From the NCBI GenBank assembly GCA_944393225.1, contig CALXZK010000005.1, positions 2,767 to 66,766 on the forward strand: a stretch of 64,000 bases of DNA, read 5' to 3'. The stretch's first letter is position 1. Each line of letters starts with the position of its first letter. Source of the DNA: an uncultured Alphaproteobacteria bacterium. GTDB taxonomy: Bacteria; Pseudomonadota; Alphaproteobacteria; RF32; CAG-239. Shown here piece after piece: positions 1 through 9,788 of the stretch. The notes beneath the pieces were generated by a model. That model searched no databases, was not told the DNA's origin, and saw only the letters and a program-made list of their open reading frames with translations. The position numbers and the translations under genes are program-made.

Positions 1-58
1 AAACCGCCATTCAGTGCATTCATAAACGCTATGACAATCTGAAAAATAAGGCTGAGTT

Positions 59-559
59 TTAAGCTTTTCTCTGCCTACGAATACCGAGATAATATCCCAG
101 CGCAGCAAAAATCAGCATATAGAGCAAACTACCATAAAGAATGTTTACACCGATTTGTCCGGCAGCCTGAAAAATGCCGTTTGCAAACAGCTCTTTGAGC
201 TCGGCATAAGAAAAAGCCGTTTCATCTTGCCTAAGATAAGCACCGATTAGGTAGTATAGATAAAAAAGCGGCAGATTGGTAAACACGTTGGAAATAAACG
301 TCCAAGCAACAGATATAGCCAAACTGAAACGATATTTTGTGCGTCGCAACAACACCCACAAAGCAAGCACCACCGGCACCTGCCCCGGAAAAGGCGCAAA
401 AGCCAACCCCATACCAATGGCATTAGATCGTGCCAGATAGGAAGGATTTTTATAACTCCGGCTCATCGGTACAATCACTTTCCGCTGCATATAAGCAAAC
501 CAATTTTTCAGTTGTCTAAACATAAACTTAAAACTCAATACATTAATATTTTCTAACAT
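59..559 (-). CDS. Small integral membrane protein, DUF2062-like
   Basis: 166 aa, several hydrophobic helices, basic C-terminus. The motif AIGMGLAFAPFPGQ...LALWVLLRR resembles what I recall of the DUF2062 family. Confidence 0.45.
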   Translation of the reverse strand: MLENINVLSFKFMFRQLKNWFAYMQRKVIVPMSRSYKNPSYLARSNAIGMGLAFAPFPGQVPVVLALWVLLRRTKYRFSLAISVAWTFISNVFTNLPLFYLYYLIGAYLRQDETAFSYAELKELFANGIFQAAGQIGVNILYGSLLYMLIFAALGYYLGIRRQRKA

Positions 560-721
560 TTCATCATCTATTCAATACTAATAAATTAAAAATTTAGCAA
601 GAAAAGTATTTCACTATTACTTTGGGACAAGTGATATATAAAAAAGAAATTGCACCTCGTTTCAACAACTATCCGCTCCGAACCAAATCTTGGTTCTCGT
701 CGGGCTGTGCTTTAGCCATAA

Positions 722-751
722 AAAAACTCCCCTAAAAAGGAGAGTTTTTTT
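722..751 (-). terminator. Hairpin plus T-run downstream of the minus-strand tRNA-Gln
   Basis: aactcccc-taaaaa-ggagagtt imperfect inverted repeat flanked by A/T runs, directly 3' of the tRNA on the minus strand. Confidence 0.4.
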
Positions 752-752
752 A

Positions 753-826
753 TGGCTGCTTCGCCTGGACTCGAACCAAGATTGACGGAGTCAGAATCCG
801 CTGTCCTACCATTAGACGACGAAGCA
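753..826 (-). tRNA. tRNA-Gln (anticodon CTG)
   Basis: The reverse complement folds as a cloverleaf. Acceptor TGCTTCG/CGAAGCA, D-stem GTCT/GGAC, anticodon stem GCGGA/TCCGT with loop TTCTGAC (anticodon CTG), T-arm CTTGG-TTCGAGT-CCAGG, discriminator G plus encoded CCA. Length 74 nt. Confidence 0.8.
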
Positions 827-1116
827 ATAGAACTAATAACGCATTATATCTATGCCTTTTTGTTGCTCTTGTCAAATGGTTTGTTACATACCTTCGCAAA
901 AAAAAATCCCTCTTGCCAAATGTTTTTTTTCGTAGTCTAATAATTATAGAGGAAGAACAATTCTTTCTCAAAAACAAAGGATATCTATTATGAAAAAACG
1001 TTCAAAACATATTTCAAAGAAAGGAACTCAGGCAGATTCCGCCGAGCCTCCGAAACGTAATTTTTGCTTTAACTTTTCTTTCAATGAGGACTGCGTTGCT
1101 CTGAAGGAGGTGTAAG

Positions 1117-1656
1117 ATGCTTACCTTCCGATATACAATTACGTCTGATGACATTGAAAAAGTCAGAGAAATTTCCGCCTCTGCCCCCAACTTTGATGAA
1201 GATTGCGTAGACATCACCGCACAACTTGCCGATGATGCTTTGTATCAAGTCGAGCATCCCGAAGATGGAGATTATCCGCACGATACCAACTTTATCTTTG
1301 CTGAGCTGGATGGTGTGACCTGCGCTTATGCTTGCTATGGCGAGATTGCAGATTCTGATGGAACCTACGAGCTCTATTGGCTGGCAACTCACGCCGCTTA
1401 CCAAGGACGCGGTATTGGTAAACAAATCATCACCAAATTGATTGAACACCTCAAAGCCTTAGGCGGACGCAAACTTTACTTAAAAACCGACAGCAAGCCT
1501 GAATATAAAGCCACCCGAAAATTCTATAATTCATGCGGCTTTACATTAGAGGCAACCTTAAAACAATATTACGACCGTCATGATGACTGCTGTATTTATA
1601 GTATGTGTCTTGATGATTGTGATTTAGAAAATTTGTGTTATAACGCTGCCGAATAA
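1117..1656 (+). CDS. GNAT family N-acetyltransferase
   Basis: 179 aa. Acetyl-CoA-binding motif A is present: YQGRGIGKQIITKLIEHL (Q/R-x-x-G-x-G/A). A GGAGG RBS precedes the start. Confidence 0.75.
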   Translation: MLTFRYTITSDDIEKVREISASAPNFDEDCVDITAQLADDALYQVEHPEDGDYPHDTNFIFAELDGVTCAYACYGEIADSDGTYELYWLATHAAYQGRGIGKQIITKLIEHLKALGGRKLYLKTDSKPEYKATRKFYNSCGFTLEATLKQYYDRHDDCCIYSMCLDDCDLENLCYNAAE

Positions 1657-1666
1657 CCAAAAGAAC

Positions 1667-1708
1667 AAAGCCACACCTTGCATAAGAAGTGTGGCTTTGT
1701 TTTATTTT
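1667..1708. terminator. Bidirectional rho-independent terminator between convergent genes
   Basis: aaagccacac-(12 nt loop)-gtgtggcttt perfect 10-bp stem followed by tgttttattttt. It lies between the 3' ends of the GNAT gene (+) and the 1708..3180 gene (-). Confidence 0.55.
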
Positions 1709-3180
1709 TACTGAGCTTCAATTAATCTTTGTGGATTAATGATAACACCGATATTTTCTCTAAAATCACCGGTTGCAAGAGCTTTTTGCCAAAAATCTTG
1801 CCCTGTTAAATGCGACTGAACACTTTTTGCCAACAGATACAACCCACATTTATAAGCCTCTAAATTAGTTGGATATGGGCTAAAAATATAAGACTTCAAA
1901 GTATCATTTCCGGCAACCGTATGTCTTCCGGCGGGAAAACACAAAGTTTGACGCAGGCGTCTTTCATCCGGTATACGGCGCGGATTTTTGGAATGAAACA
2001 ACTCAAAATCTTCAAAATTTTCAACATCTCCACCGATTTTACACCCAACACCTATAGCCCCATAATTTTGATAATCAAACGACAAGCAAATTCCAAGCTT
2101 TTGTGCTCGTTCTGCCGCTTGTCTGAATTCTGCCGCACCTTCATCATCTTGAAAACAAGGCAACAACAAGCTGCGCAAAAGACAAACGGCATCAATTCCG
2201 TTTTTGCCGTTTTTGATTAATTCTTCATGCAAATCACAAATTTGATTAAGTGCAAGGGCATAATATGTTTGCGCGCGGCCGATAGTCCCGACGGAATAGT
2301 AATAAATATCTGCATCCGGAGCTACACCGCAAGTTTTGCCAACCAGCGCCGAAACCAACTGTCCCCCGCTCCAATCTCCGCCTTCAGGAAGCACATCTAG
2401 TTCTTCATAACCTTTGATATTTTGATAATATTCCAAATGATTGGCAAGCTTGCGCCAATCAATCACCGCTACGGCTCGATTTTGTCCGGTTATACCTTGT
2501 TTATGCAAATTTTTAATTCCGAGACCGAAATTTTTACGTTCTTCCAAAAATTCTTTCGGCTGAAAATGAGATGGAAGTTTGGAGGTATCATTCGTCCAAA
2601 CCGTCAAATCGGAATAAGTCACAAAAGAAACATCCATCTTGGATAAGTCATAAGCCGATAAATCCATATAAGACAAATCCAGCCAAGGCGAAAAATCACC
2701 AAACGGAGTTTGCATTTGAAAATTATCAAAATCTATATGAGAATTTACCGTCATCAACTTTTGTTTGCGTGTTTCAAACATCGCCACACCTTTATCATCG
2801 GCATAAAAGCGCAACGGCTTTTGCATGGAGAGATTTTTACGTTCAATAAGCGCAGTTGCCAGCTGAGCATCATTGGCGCTTTGCAGCTCATTCCAATTGT
2901 CAAAACCATATTCTTTGGCAATCACATGCTGCATGTTCATTAAGGATAAATCTTCTTTTTTACCAAAAACTTTTTGACAACGAAGCTTTGCCTCATTGTT
3001 TTGTGCGCGATATTCTTTTAACAGAGATTTTGCTTGAGATTTAAAAATATCAATATATTCAATCATGACAATTCCTTTCCGCAACTTATCATTAACCTGT
3101 CCGATTGGCTGCAATAAGTTGTTTAGAGAAATTATAAAAAAACAAATAAAAAAGCGGCAATGAAAAACTTTGGCGAACAT
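1708..3180 (-). CDS. Hypothetical protein with an N-terminal pentapeptide-repeat-like stretch
   Basis: 490 aa. The segment DLSYMDLSAYDLSKMDVSFVTYSDLTV looks like A(D/N)LXX pentapeptide repeats. I do not recognise the C-terminal ~300 aa. Confidence 0.45.
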   Translation of the reverse strand: MFAKVFHCRFFICFFIISLNNLLQPIGQVNDKLRKGIVMIEYIDIFKSQAKSLLKEYRAQNNEAKLRCQKVFGKKEDLSLMNMQHVIAKEYGFDNWNELQSANDAQLATALIERKNLSMQKPLRFYADDKGVAMFETRKQKLMTVNSHIDFDNFQMQTPFGDFSPWLDLSYMDLSAYDLSKMDVSFVTYSDLTVWTNDTSKLPSHFQPKEFLEERKNFGLGIKNLHKQGITGQNRAVAVIDWRKLANHLEYYQNIKGYEELDVLPEGGDWSGGQLVSALVGKTCGVAPDADIYYYSVGTIGRAQTYYALALNQICDLHEELIKNGKNGIDAVCLLRSLLLPCFQDDEGAAEFRQAAERAQKLGICLSFDYQNYGAIGVGCKIGGDVENFEDFELFHSKNPRRIPDERRLRQTLCFPAGRHTVAGNDTLKSYIFSPYPTNLEAYKCGLYLLAKSVQSHLTGQDFWQKALATGDFRENIGVIINPQRLIEAQ

Positions 3181-3299
3181 TCCGAGCGCTTGCCCAGCTC
3201 ATAGAAATAAGGATAGCATTATTTCTTTAACTGTCAAGAAAGGTCACAAAAAAAATCCTTCCTAAAGTTACCCCTAGGAAGGATTTTCTTTTTTATCTA

Positions 3300-5072
3300 C
3301 TATTTCTTTTCTTCAACCGGAACAACATTAATATGCAGTTCTTTGAGTTGTTGCTCGGTTACATAGTTTGGAGCTTGCATCATCAAGTCTTGTGCCTTAC
3401 CATTCAACGGGAACAAAATCACGTCACGAATAATCGGCTCATCCAAGAGCAACATAACCAAACGGTCAACACCATAAGCAGAACCGGCGTGCGGAGGAGC
3501 GCCAAACTTAAAGGCACTAATCATACCGCCGAACTTGTTATCAACCACGCTGTTGTCATAACCGGCAATTTCAAAAGCTTTGTACATAATTTGCGGTTCA
3601 TGGTTACGAACTGCACCGGACAAAAGCTCAACACCGTTGCAAACAAAGTCATATTGATAAGCCAAAATATCCAACGGATTTTTGTTTAACAAAGCATCCA
3701 TTCCGCCTTGCGGCATAGAGAACGGGTTGTGAGAAAATTCAACCGCACCGGTTTCTTCATTTTCTTCATAGAACGGGAAGTCAACAATCCAGCACATTTT
3801 GAAAGAGTTTTCATCAACCAAGCCTAACTCTTCGCCAACCTTGTTACGCAAACGACCGCTAAACTTATCAAACTTCATGCCTTTACCAACCATAAAGATA
3901 ACGGCATCACCGTCTTTAACACCATAGTTTGCTTTGAGTTCGTTCAATTTTTCTTCACTCAAAAGTTTGGCAATACCTTTGGCTCCGGCGGCAGCAAAAG
4001 CCACATAAGCAATACCGCCCATACCTTCTTCTTTGGCATAAGCATCGAGCTTATCAAAGAAAGAACGCGGTTTTTCGGCAATACCTTCAACCACCATGGC
4101 TTTAACGGTTTTACCTTCTTTAACCAAACCGTCATAAACACCAAAGCCGCTGTTGCCGAAGAATGAAGTTGCATCTTGCAAGATGAGCGGGTTACGTAAA
4201 TCCGGCTTATCTGAACCATATTTAGCCATAGCTTCACGGAACGGAATATGAATAAACGGAGCTTGGTCAACTTTTTTACCGTTAGCAAATTCATTAAAGA
4301 TAGTACCCAGAGTATGCTCAATAACCTTGAACACATCTTCTTGAGTAGCAAAACTCATTTCCATATCCATTTGGTAGAACTCGCCCGGAGAACGGTCGGC
4401 ACGAGGATCTTCATCACGGAAACACGGTGCAATTTGGAAATATTTATCAAAGCCTGATACCATCAACAATTGTTTGAATTGTTGCGGTGCTTGCGGCAAA
4501 GCATAAAATTTTCCGGGGTTCAAACGAGAAGGAACTAAAAAGTCACGCGCACCTTCCGGAGAAGAAGCCGTCAAAATCGGTGTCTGATACTCAGTAAAGC
4601 CCTGCTCACGCATCAATTCGCGAGAACGTTGAATAACTTTTGAACGAAGCAAAATGTTTTTATGAATACGGTCTTTGCGCAAATCAAGAAAACGATATTT
4701 CAAGCGCAACTCTTCCGGTGCATCATCTTCAATAGCCACTTGGAAAGGCAAAACATCTGCTTGAGAATAGATTTCCAAACCGTTAACGGCAATTTCAATA
4801 TCACCGGTCGGCATATTTTTGTTCACGCTTTCACGCGCAATTACTTTACCGGTAATACCGATAACCGATTCGGGGCGAATGGATTGGATTGTTTCAAACA
4901 AATCGGAATGACTATCAAACACACATTGAGTGATTCCGTAATGATCTCGCAAATCCACAAAGCACAAGTTTCCGAGATTACGTTTGCGGTGAACCCAACC
5001 GGCGAGTTTCACCTCTTTATTAATATCTGCGGCACGAAGTTCGCCACAGGTGTGTGTACGATAGCAATTCAT
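3300..5072 (-). CDS. aspS: Aspartate--tRNA ligase
   Basis: 590 aa. Class II aaRS motifs [23 protein letters not shown] and [13 protein letters not shown], an N-terminal OB anticodon-binding domain, and the bacterial GAD insertion. Confidence 0.95.
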   Translation of the reverse strand: MNCYRTHTCGELRAADINKEVKLAGWVHRKRNLGNLCFVDLRDHYGITQCVFDSHSDLFETIQSIRPESVIGITGKVIARESVNKNMPTGDIEIAVNGLEIYSQADVLPFQVAIEDDAPEELRLKYRFLDLRKDRIHKNILLRSKVIQRSRELMREQGFTEYQTPILTASSPEGARDFLVPSRLNPGKFYALPQAPQQFKQLLMVSGFDKYFQIAPCFRDEDPRADRSPGEFYQMDMEMSFATQEDVFKVIEHTLGTIFNEFANGKKVDQAPFIHIPFREAMAKYGSDKPDLRNPLILQDATSFFGNSGFGVYDGLVKEGKTVKAMVVEGIAEKPRSFFDKLDAYAKEEGMGGIAYVAFAAAGAKGIAKLLSEEKLNELKANYGVKDGDAVIFMVGKGMKFDKFSGRLRNKVGEELGLVDENSFKMCWIVDFPFYEENEETGAVEFSHNPFSMPQGGMDALLNKNPLDILAYQYDFVCNGVELLSGAVRNHEPQIMYKAFEIAGYDNSVVDNKFGGMISAFKFGAPPHAGSAYGVDRLVMLLLDEPIIRDVILFPLNGKAQDLMMQAPNYVTEQQLKELHINVVPVEEKK

Positions 5073-5144
5073 ATCAAAACCTCACAAAATATTGTTTATT
5101 ATTTTTGCCCTTATGTTGTAGACTCAAAACAAAAGAAAAGCAAC

Positions 5145-5185
5145 AAAAAAAGAGCTATGACATAAGGTCAAAGCTCTTTTTTCTT
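5145..5185 (-). terminator. Hairpin terminator downstream of the 5197..5724 gene
   Basis: aagagct-(15 nt)-agctctt stem flanked by an A-run on one side and a T-run on the other. Confidence 0.4.
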
Positions 5186-5196
5186 AAATTAAAATC

Positions 5197-5724
5197 TTAT
5201 GCGATTTTTTCGGCACGGAAGAATGTTGGAATAGACTTTGTAAAATGTTTACAAATCTTCCGAATATTTTCAAACCAATATTCATCGGGCATATCGTTAT
5301 GACCTCTGAACTCTACCCAAGAAGCGTCTTCTGTCTTGTGGCAAGAAATCAGCACCGGATAAAACTTATTAGTTTCTTCCCAAGAAGCTGTCTGCCACTT
5401 TTCAGCCCAACATCCGGCATCACGAAAGTTTCCGTAAACAGGCAAGACAAAACTGTTGCATTTTGCCTGAGGCAACGTAATGGCAAAATCCACTCGAGCA
5501 GGAACATTCCAATACTCTTTTTTCTGAATGCCGAACTCTTGCTGTAAAGTTTCCAAAAGAGCAGCATCGGAAAATTCAATAACCTGAATATTGGCATCAT
5601 CAGCCTCAGTTACCACTTTTGCATCGGCTTTTTTCAGCTCTGGATATTTAGCTAACACTTGTTGAATTTGAGTATTATTGGCATCAACCAAAAAATACGA
5701 CTTCATTACATACATAACGTTCAT
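5197..5724 (-). CDS. Hypothetical protein
   Basis: 175-aa ORF with coding-like composition and no recognisable motifs. Confidence 0.5.
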   Translation of the reverse strand: MNVMYVMKSYFLVDANNTQIQQVLAKYPELKKADAKVVTEADDANIQVIEFSDAALLETLQQEFGIQKKEYWNVPARVDFAITLPQAKCNSFVLPVYGNFRDAGCWAEKWQTASWEETNKFYPVLISCHKTEDASWVEFRGHNDMPDEYWFENIRKICKHFTKSIPTFFRAEKIA

Positions 5725-5748
5725 GGTAAAAAAATTTATAAGTTTAAC

Positions 5749-6354
5749 TTAGAAGTTATAAATTATATCACAACTCTCAAAACTAATGTCAGAAGCCACC
5801 CATTCATGCGCATCCGGCTGGATATTATGAGCAAACTTCAACATCAACTGTGTCCATTTATCATCAGGATGAAGCGAATATGACTGGAAACAAACTTGTC
5901 TGTTTTCAATATCTTCATAGATAGCAAAACGTAACATTTTCACTTCGGCATCTGAAAGAGAAGAAACAACTTTGCTGCATTGGCACCAAACGGCGTAAAG
6001 CTGCGGTTCTTCTTCAAATTGCAAAGTAAAACTGCATAGTTTAGATACGCCTTCAACATTTCTGACTGGCAAATAGTATCGAATGGCTGCATCTTTAGGA
6101 TACGGGATCAATACTTGTTGCAGTTTTTCAACCGAAGGAGCTTCCAAAGCCATAGCCTCTTCACGGCATCTGATACCGGAAATCAAAGCAATATGTTTCT
6201 TGAAAATAGATGGTAATTGTTTATCAAAATTACTCACGCGGTTGGTCGGCATCAAAACAAGAGCCGGTAATACATTCTTTTCCATAACTTTAAATTTTTT
6301 TAAATTAGATAATAAAAAATTGATAATCACTATAAAAATAAAATGTGTAGGCAA
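5749..6354 (-). CDS. Hypothetical protein
   Basis: 201-aa ORF, same orientation as its neighbour. No recognisable motifs. Confidence 0.5.
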   Translation of the reverse strand: MPTHFIFIVIINFLLSNLKKFKVMEKNVLPALVLMPTNRVSNFDKQLPSIFKKHIALISGIRCREEAMALEAPSVEKLQQVLIPYPKDAAIRYYLPVRNVEGVSKLCSFTLQFEEEPQLYAVWCQCSKVVSSLSDAEVKMLRFAIYEDIENRQVCFQSYSLHPDDKWTQLMLKFAHNIQPDAHEWVASDISFESCDIIYNF

Positions 6355-6464
6355 AGTTTTAGCACATTTATAGACAAAAGCAAGCTTTTTCTACAAAAAT
6401 AAAAAATATTGAATCCTCTCTTGTTTTGCTTTATAAGAAAAATGAATTTGATTAAGGAAGAAAT

Positions 6465-7643
6465 ATGGTAAATTTGATTGATACGACCGAAAAACTGGAA
6501 CAATTTTGTGCATTGTTGAATGACAAACCCTTCATCACCATAGATTTGGAATTTATGCGTGAGAAAACTTATTATGCCGAACTTTGCCTCATTCAGGTCG
6601 GCGCAGAAGGACAAGCCGCCGTCATTGACCCCATGAGCAAAGATATAAAATTGGAACCGTTTTTCAAATTGTTAGACAATCAAAATATCGTCAAAGTTTT
6701 TCACTCCGGACGCCAAGATATTGAAATTTTATATAACCTGACCGGCAAAATCCCCACCCCGTTGTTTGATACTCAGGTTGCTGCCATGGTTTGTGGCTAT
6801 GGAGAATCCGCCGGTTATGAGAGCTTGGTTAAAGGCATTCTGAAAATAGATTTAGACAAGACCAGCCGTTGTTCCAACTGGGAGCTCCGCCCCTTAGATG
6901 AAAAACAACTGCAATATGCTTTGTCCGATGTCACTCATTTGGTCAACCTATACATCCATTTCAAACAAAAGTTGGCAGAAAACGGAAGAGAAAGCTGGTT
7001 GGAAAGTGAACTTGACATTTTACGCAATCCGCAAACTTACGACGTTGACCCTTACGAAATTTGGCACAAAATCAGACATCGTTCACACAATGCCAAAGTT
7101 CTCACCTATTTGCGCGAGTTAGCCGCATGGCGCGAAAAAAGAGCAAAGAGCAAAAACACACCACGTCAATCCATCATGAAAGATGATATGTTGGCAAACA
7201 TTGCTGCCATTTGCCCCAAGACTATTGAAGAGCTCTTGCAAATCCGCAACATGAGAAAAGACGTAGCTCAAGGCAAACTCGGCACCGAAATTTTGGAAGT
7301 TTTGGCAAAATGTAAAGAAATTCCCGCTTCGGAATATGTTCGCCCCGAAAAAGACAAGCCCATGTCTGCCGGCGCTCAGGCTTTGTATGAACTCTTAAAA
7401 CTGCTTTTAAAAATTCGCTCGGCAGAACAAGGCGTGGTTGCCAAATTAATTGCCACTGATGATGATTTGAAAATGCTTTCCACTTTTCAAGATGAAAATT
7501 GCATGGCACTTTCGGGCTGGAGATATGATATTTTCGGCAAAGAAGCCATAGAGCTCAGAAACGGCAATGTCTGCATCGCTTATGATAAAAACAAACACGG
7601 CATTGTCTTAAAAGAAAACAACCCCGAAAATCAGGGTTGTTAA
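6465..7643 (+). CDS. rnd: Ribonuclease D (DEDDy 3'-5' exonuclease plus HRDC domain)
   Basis: 392 aa. Exo motifs ITIDLEF (Exo I), a QYALSDVTHL-type Exo III with Tyr, and an HRDC-like C-terminal half. Confidence 0.8.
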   Translation: MVNLIDTTEKLEQFCALLNDKPFITIDLEFMREKTYYAELCLIQVGAEGQAAVIDPMSKDIKLEPFFKLLDNQNIVKVFHSGRQDIEILYNLTGKIPTPLFDTQVAAMVCGYGESAGYESLVKGILKIDLDKTSRCSNWELRPLDEKQLQYALSDVTHLVNLYIHFKQKLAENGRESWLESELDILRNPQTYDVDPYEIWHKIRHRSHNAKVLTYLRELAAWREKRAKSKNTPRQSIMKDDMLANIAAICPKTIEELLQIRNMRKDVAQGKLGTEILEVLAKCKEIPASEYVRPEKDKPMSAGAQALYELLKLLLKIRSAEQGVVAKLIATDDDLKMLSTFQDENCMALSGWRYDIFGKEAIELRNGNVCIAYDKNKHGIVLKENNPENQGC

Positions 7644-7680
7644 TTTGAATGAGAGTTTGCATCGGGCATAATATATACTT

Positions 7681-7974
7681 TCAAATACTATAAGGTTGAT
7701 TATAAAGTTTATCCATAAAACGCAAGAGCTTAATCACCTTGTCGTTACGAATGGAATAATAGATTGTTTGGGCCTCTCTCCTTGTTTTCACAATATTTTC
7801 AGCTCGTAAAATTGCCAAATGTTGTGACAAGGCGGATTGGCTTATTCCAACCAATTTTTCTAACTCGCCGACATTAAGCTCTTTGCCGAGAAGAAAGAAC
7901 AAAATCTCAAGTCGCTTTATGTTTCCCAGCGCTCGAAATAATCTGGCGCCATTTTCAATTGCCATGTTTTTCAT
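7681..7974 (-). CDS. ArsR/SmtB family transcriptional regulator
   Basis: 97 aa. Winged-HTH segment LNVGELEKLVGISQSALSQHLAILRAENIV is typical of ArsR. Confidence 0.8.
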   Translation of the reverse strand: MKNMAIENGARLFRALGNIKRLEILFFLLGKELNVGELEKLVGISQSALSQHLAILRAENIVKTRREAQTIYYSIRNDKVIKLLRFMDKLYNQPYSI

Positions 7975-8152
7975 TTACACCTCCTGATGTATATAATTGC
8001 AATTTAATTTAGCATAAATTGAAATACTTGCCCAGTTCTAACCTAACTAATTGTTATATATACTTAAATACATAGCCGATAGTTTTACTTTTAAAATTGC
8101 CAATCAAAAAGAAGTAGATTATGATGAGAGCAAATTAATAAAGGAGAAGATT

Positions 8153-8398
8153 ATGCCTGAAAATGATATTCAAAATTTGAGCTTTGAAGATGCGCTCATT
8201 CAGCTTGAAAACATCGTAAGAGAACTGGAAAGCGGACGCATCAAATTGGACGATGCCGTCAAAGCTTATGAAAAAGCCGTTGCGTTGAAACAACTTTGCG
8301 AAAAGAAACTCAAAGACGCTCAGTTGAAAATTGAAAAAATTGAAATTGCCCCCAACGGCGAAATGACGACCACCCCGTTAGATAAGGTAGAAGAATAA
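8153..8398 (+). CDS. xseB: Exodeoxyribonuclease VII small subunit
   Basis: The ORF track gives 8051..8398. The probable true start is the ATG at 8153, preceded by an AAGGAGA RBS, giving ~81 aa. LSFEDALIQLENIVRELESG is a typical XseB N-terminus. The stop overlaps the ispA start (ATGA). Confidence 0.85.
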   Translation: MPENDIQNLSFEDALIQLENIVRELESGRIKLDDAVKAYEKAVALKQLCEKKLKDAQLKIEKIEIAPNGEMTTTPLDKVEE

Positions 8399-9300
8399 TG
8401 TCTGACATTAAAGAAAAGCTCAAAACCTTCTCCCAAGACTTCAACAACAGATTGGAACAATATTTTCCTCTTCCGAGCGGACCGGAAAAACGCGTGGTTG
8501 AAGCCATGAAATATTCCGTCATGAACGGCGGCAAGCGTTTGCGCCCATTTTTGGTTTGTGAAACCGCTAAGCTGTATGGCGTGCCCACCTACCCAACCGC
8601 CGCACTTGTGTCTGCTTCTTTAGAGATGTTGCACTCCTATTCTCTCATTCATGACGATTTACCCGCCATGGATAACGATGATTTGCGCCGCGGCAAGCCC
8701 ACTTGCCACAAGGCTTTTGATGAAGCAACCGCCATTTTGGCAGGAGATGGTTTGTTGACCCAAGCCTTTGAGCTGTTGAGCCATAAGACTTTGAATATTG
8801 ACGCCAACACCCGTTGTGAGCTGGTCAACTTGCTTGCTAATGCGGCTGGAGCTTATAATGGCATGATAGCCGGACAAATGCTCGATATTTATGCCGAAAC
8901 CGCACCCAAAGAAGAAAATAACGAAAAATTGATCTTGCATATTGAAGAAATGAAAACCGGTCGTTTAATCCGCTATGCTTGCGAAGCCGGTGCCATTTTA
9001 GGCAAAGCCGATATGGATGAAAGATTGGCGATTGTCAATTATGCAAGAAAAATTGGTTTGGCTTTCCAAATTGCCGATGACATTTTGGATGTTGAGGGCA
9101 ATCAGGAATTAATGGGGAAAAAGCTGCAAAAAGATGCCGACCAAGGCAAAGCCACATTTGTTAGCATTTATGGCTTAGATAAAGCCAAAGAAATTGCCAA
9201 AGATTTAATCAAAGAAGCTAAAGAAAGCATCGCCATTTTTGGTGCCAAAGCCCAAACCTTGCAAGACTTAGCCGACTTTATCATCGAAAGACAGAATTAA
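8398..9300 (+). CDS. ispA: Farnesyl-diphosphate synthase / geranyltranstransferase (polyprenyl synthetase)
   Basis: 300 aa. First and second aspartate-rich motifs LIHDDLPAMDNDDLRRG and FQIADDILD. The xseB-ispA pairing is conserved. Confidence 0.9.
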   Translation: MSDIKEKLKTFSQDFNNRLEQYFPLPSGPEKRVVEAMKYSVMNGGKRLRPFLVCETAKLYGVPTYPTAALVSASLEMLHSYSLIHDDLPAMDNDDLRRGKPTCHKAFDEATAILAGDGLLTQAFELLSHKTLNIDANTRCELVNLLANAAGAYNGMIAGQMLDIYAETAPKEENNEKLILHIEEMKTGRLIRYACEAGAILGKADMDERLAIVNYARKIGLAFQIADDILDVEGNQELMGKKLQKDADQGKATFVSIYGLDKAKEIAKDLIKEAKESIAIFGAKAQTLQDLADFIIERQN

Positions 9301-9788
9301 GTAAGAAAGGCAGTCTAACTTTTGCGATCGAACGCGCTGCGTTCGGCCGGCAGCAGCCAAAGCCGAACAAAGTTCAGCATAACGACATACAAACACAAAA
9401 AAGCACCATATCTGACCGAACCGAAAACGGAACGAATCAAGATATGGTGCTATTATCATGCCATACACCTCATAAGGAATAGCAAGATAAAAAAATACAA
9501 CCATGCTAATACTCCGAAGAGTATCCAATATAATAGTTTATTCACTATTACCATTATTGTTTTTTTCATAATTCTTAAATTTTAAAGGAAGCAACCAGAC
9601 TATTGTCCCTCTGATAAAACAAAAAGTTCCATTAATCTGAATTAATCATTTTCCTCTAAAAAGAAAGAAATATGAAAAACTGTCTGACAGAATAATAGAA
9701 CAAAAAAACTTATTTAACATTTTTATAATACCACATTTTTCACCTTCAAACAAGCACAAAAAAAGAGGCTTAAAAGCCTCTTTTTTTG

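Noticed and set aside
752-940. 62-aa plus-strand ORF (752..940) and 75-aa minus-strand ORF (750..977)
   Set aside because: Both overlap the tRNA-Gln(CTG) gene and its terminator. They are spurious.
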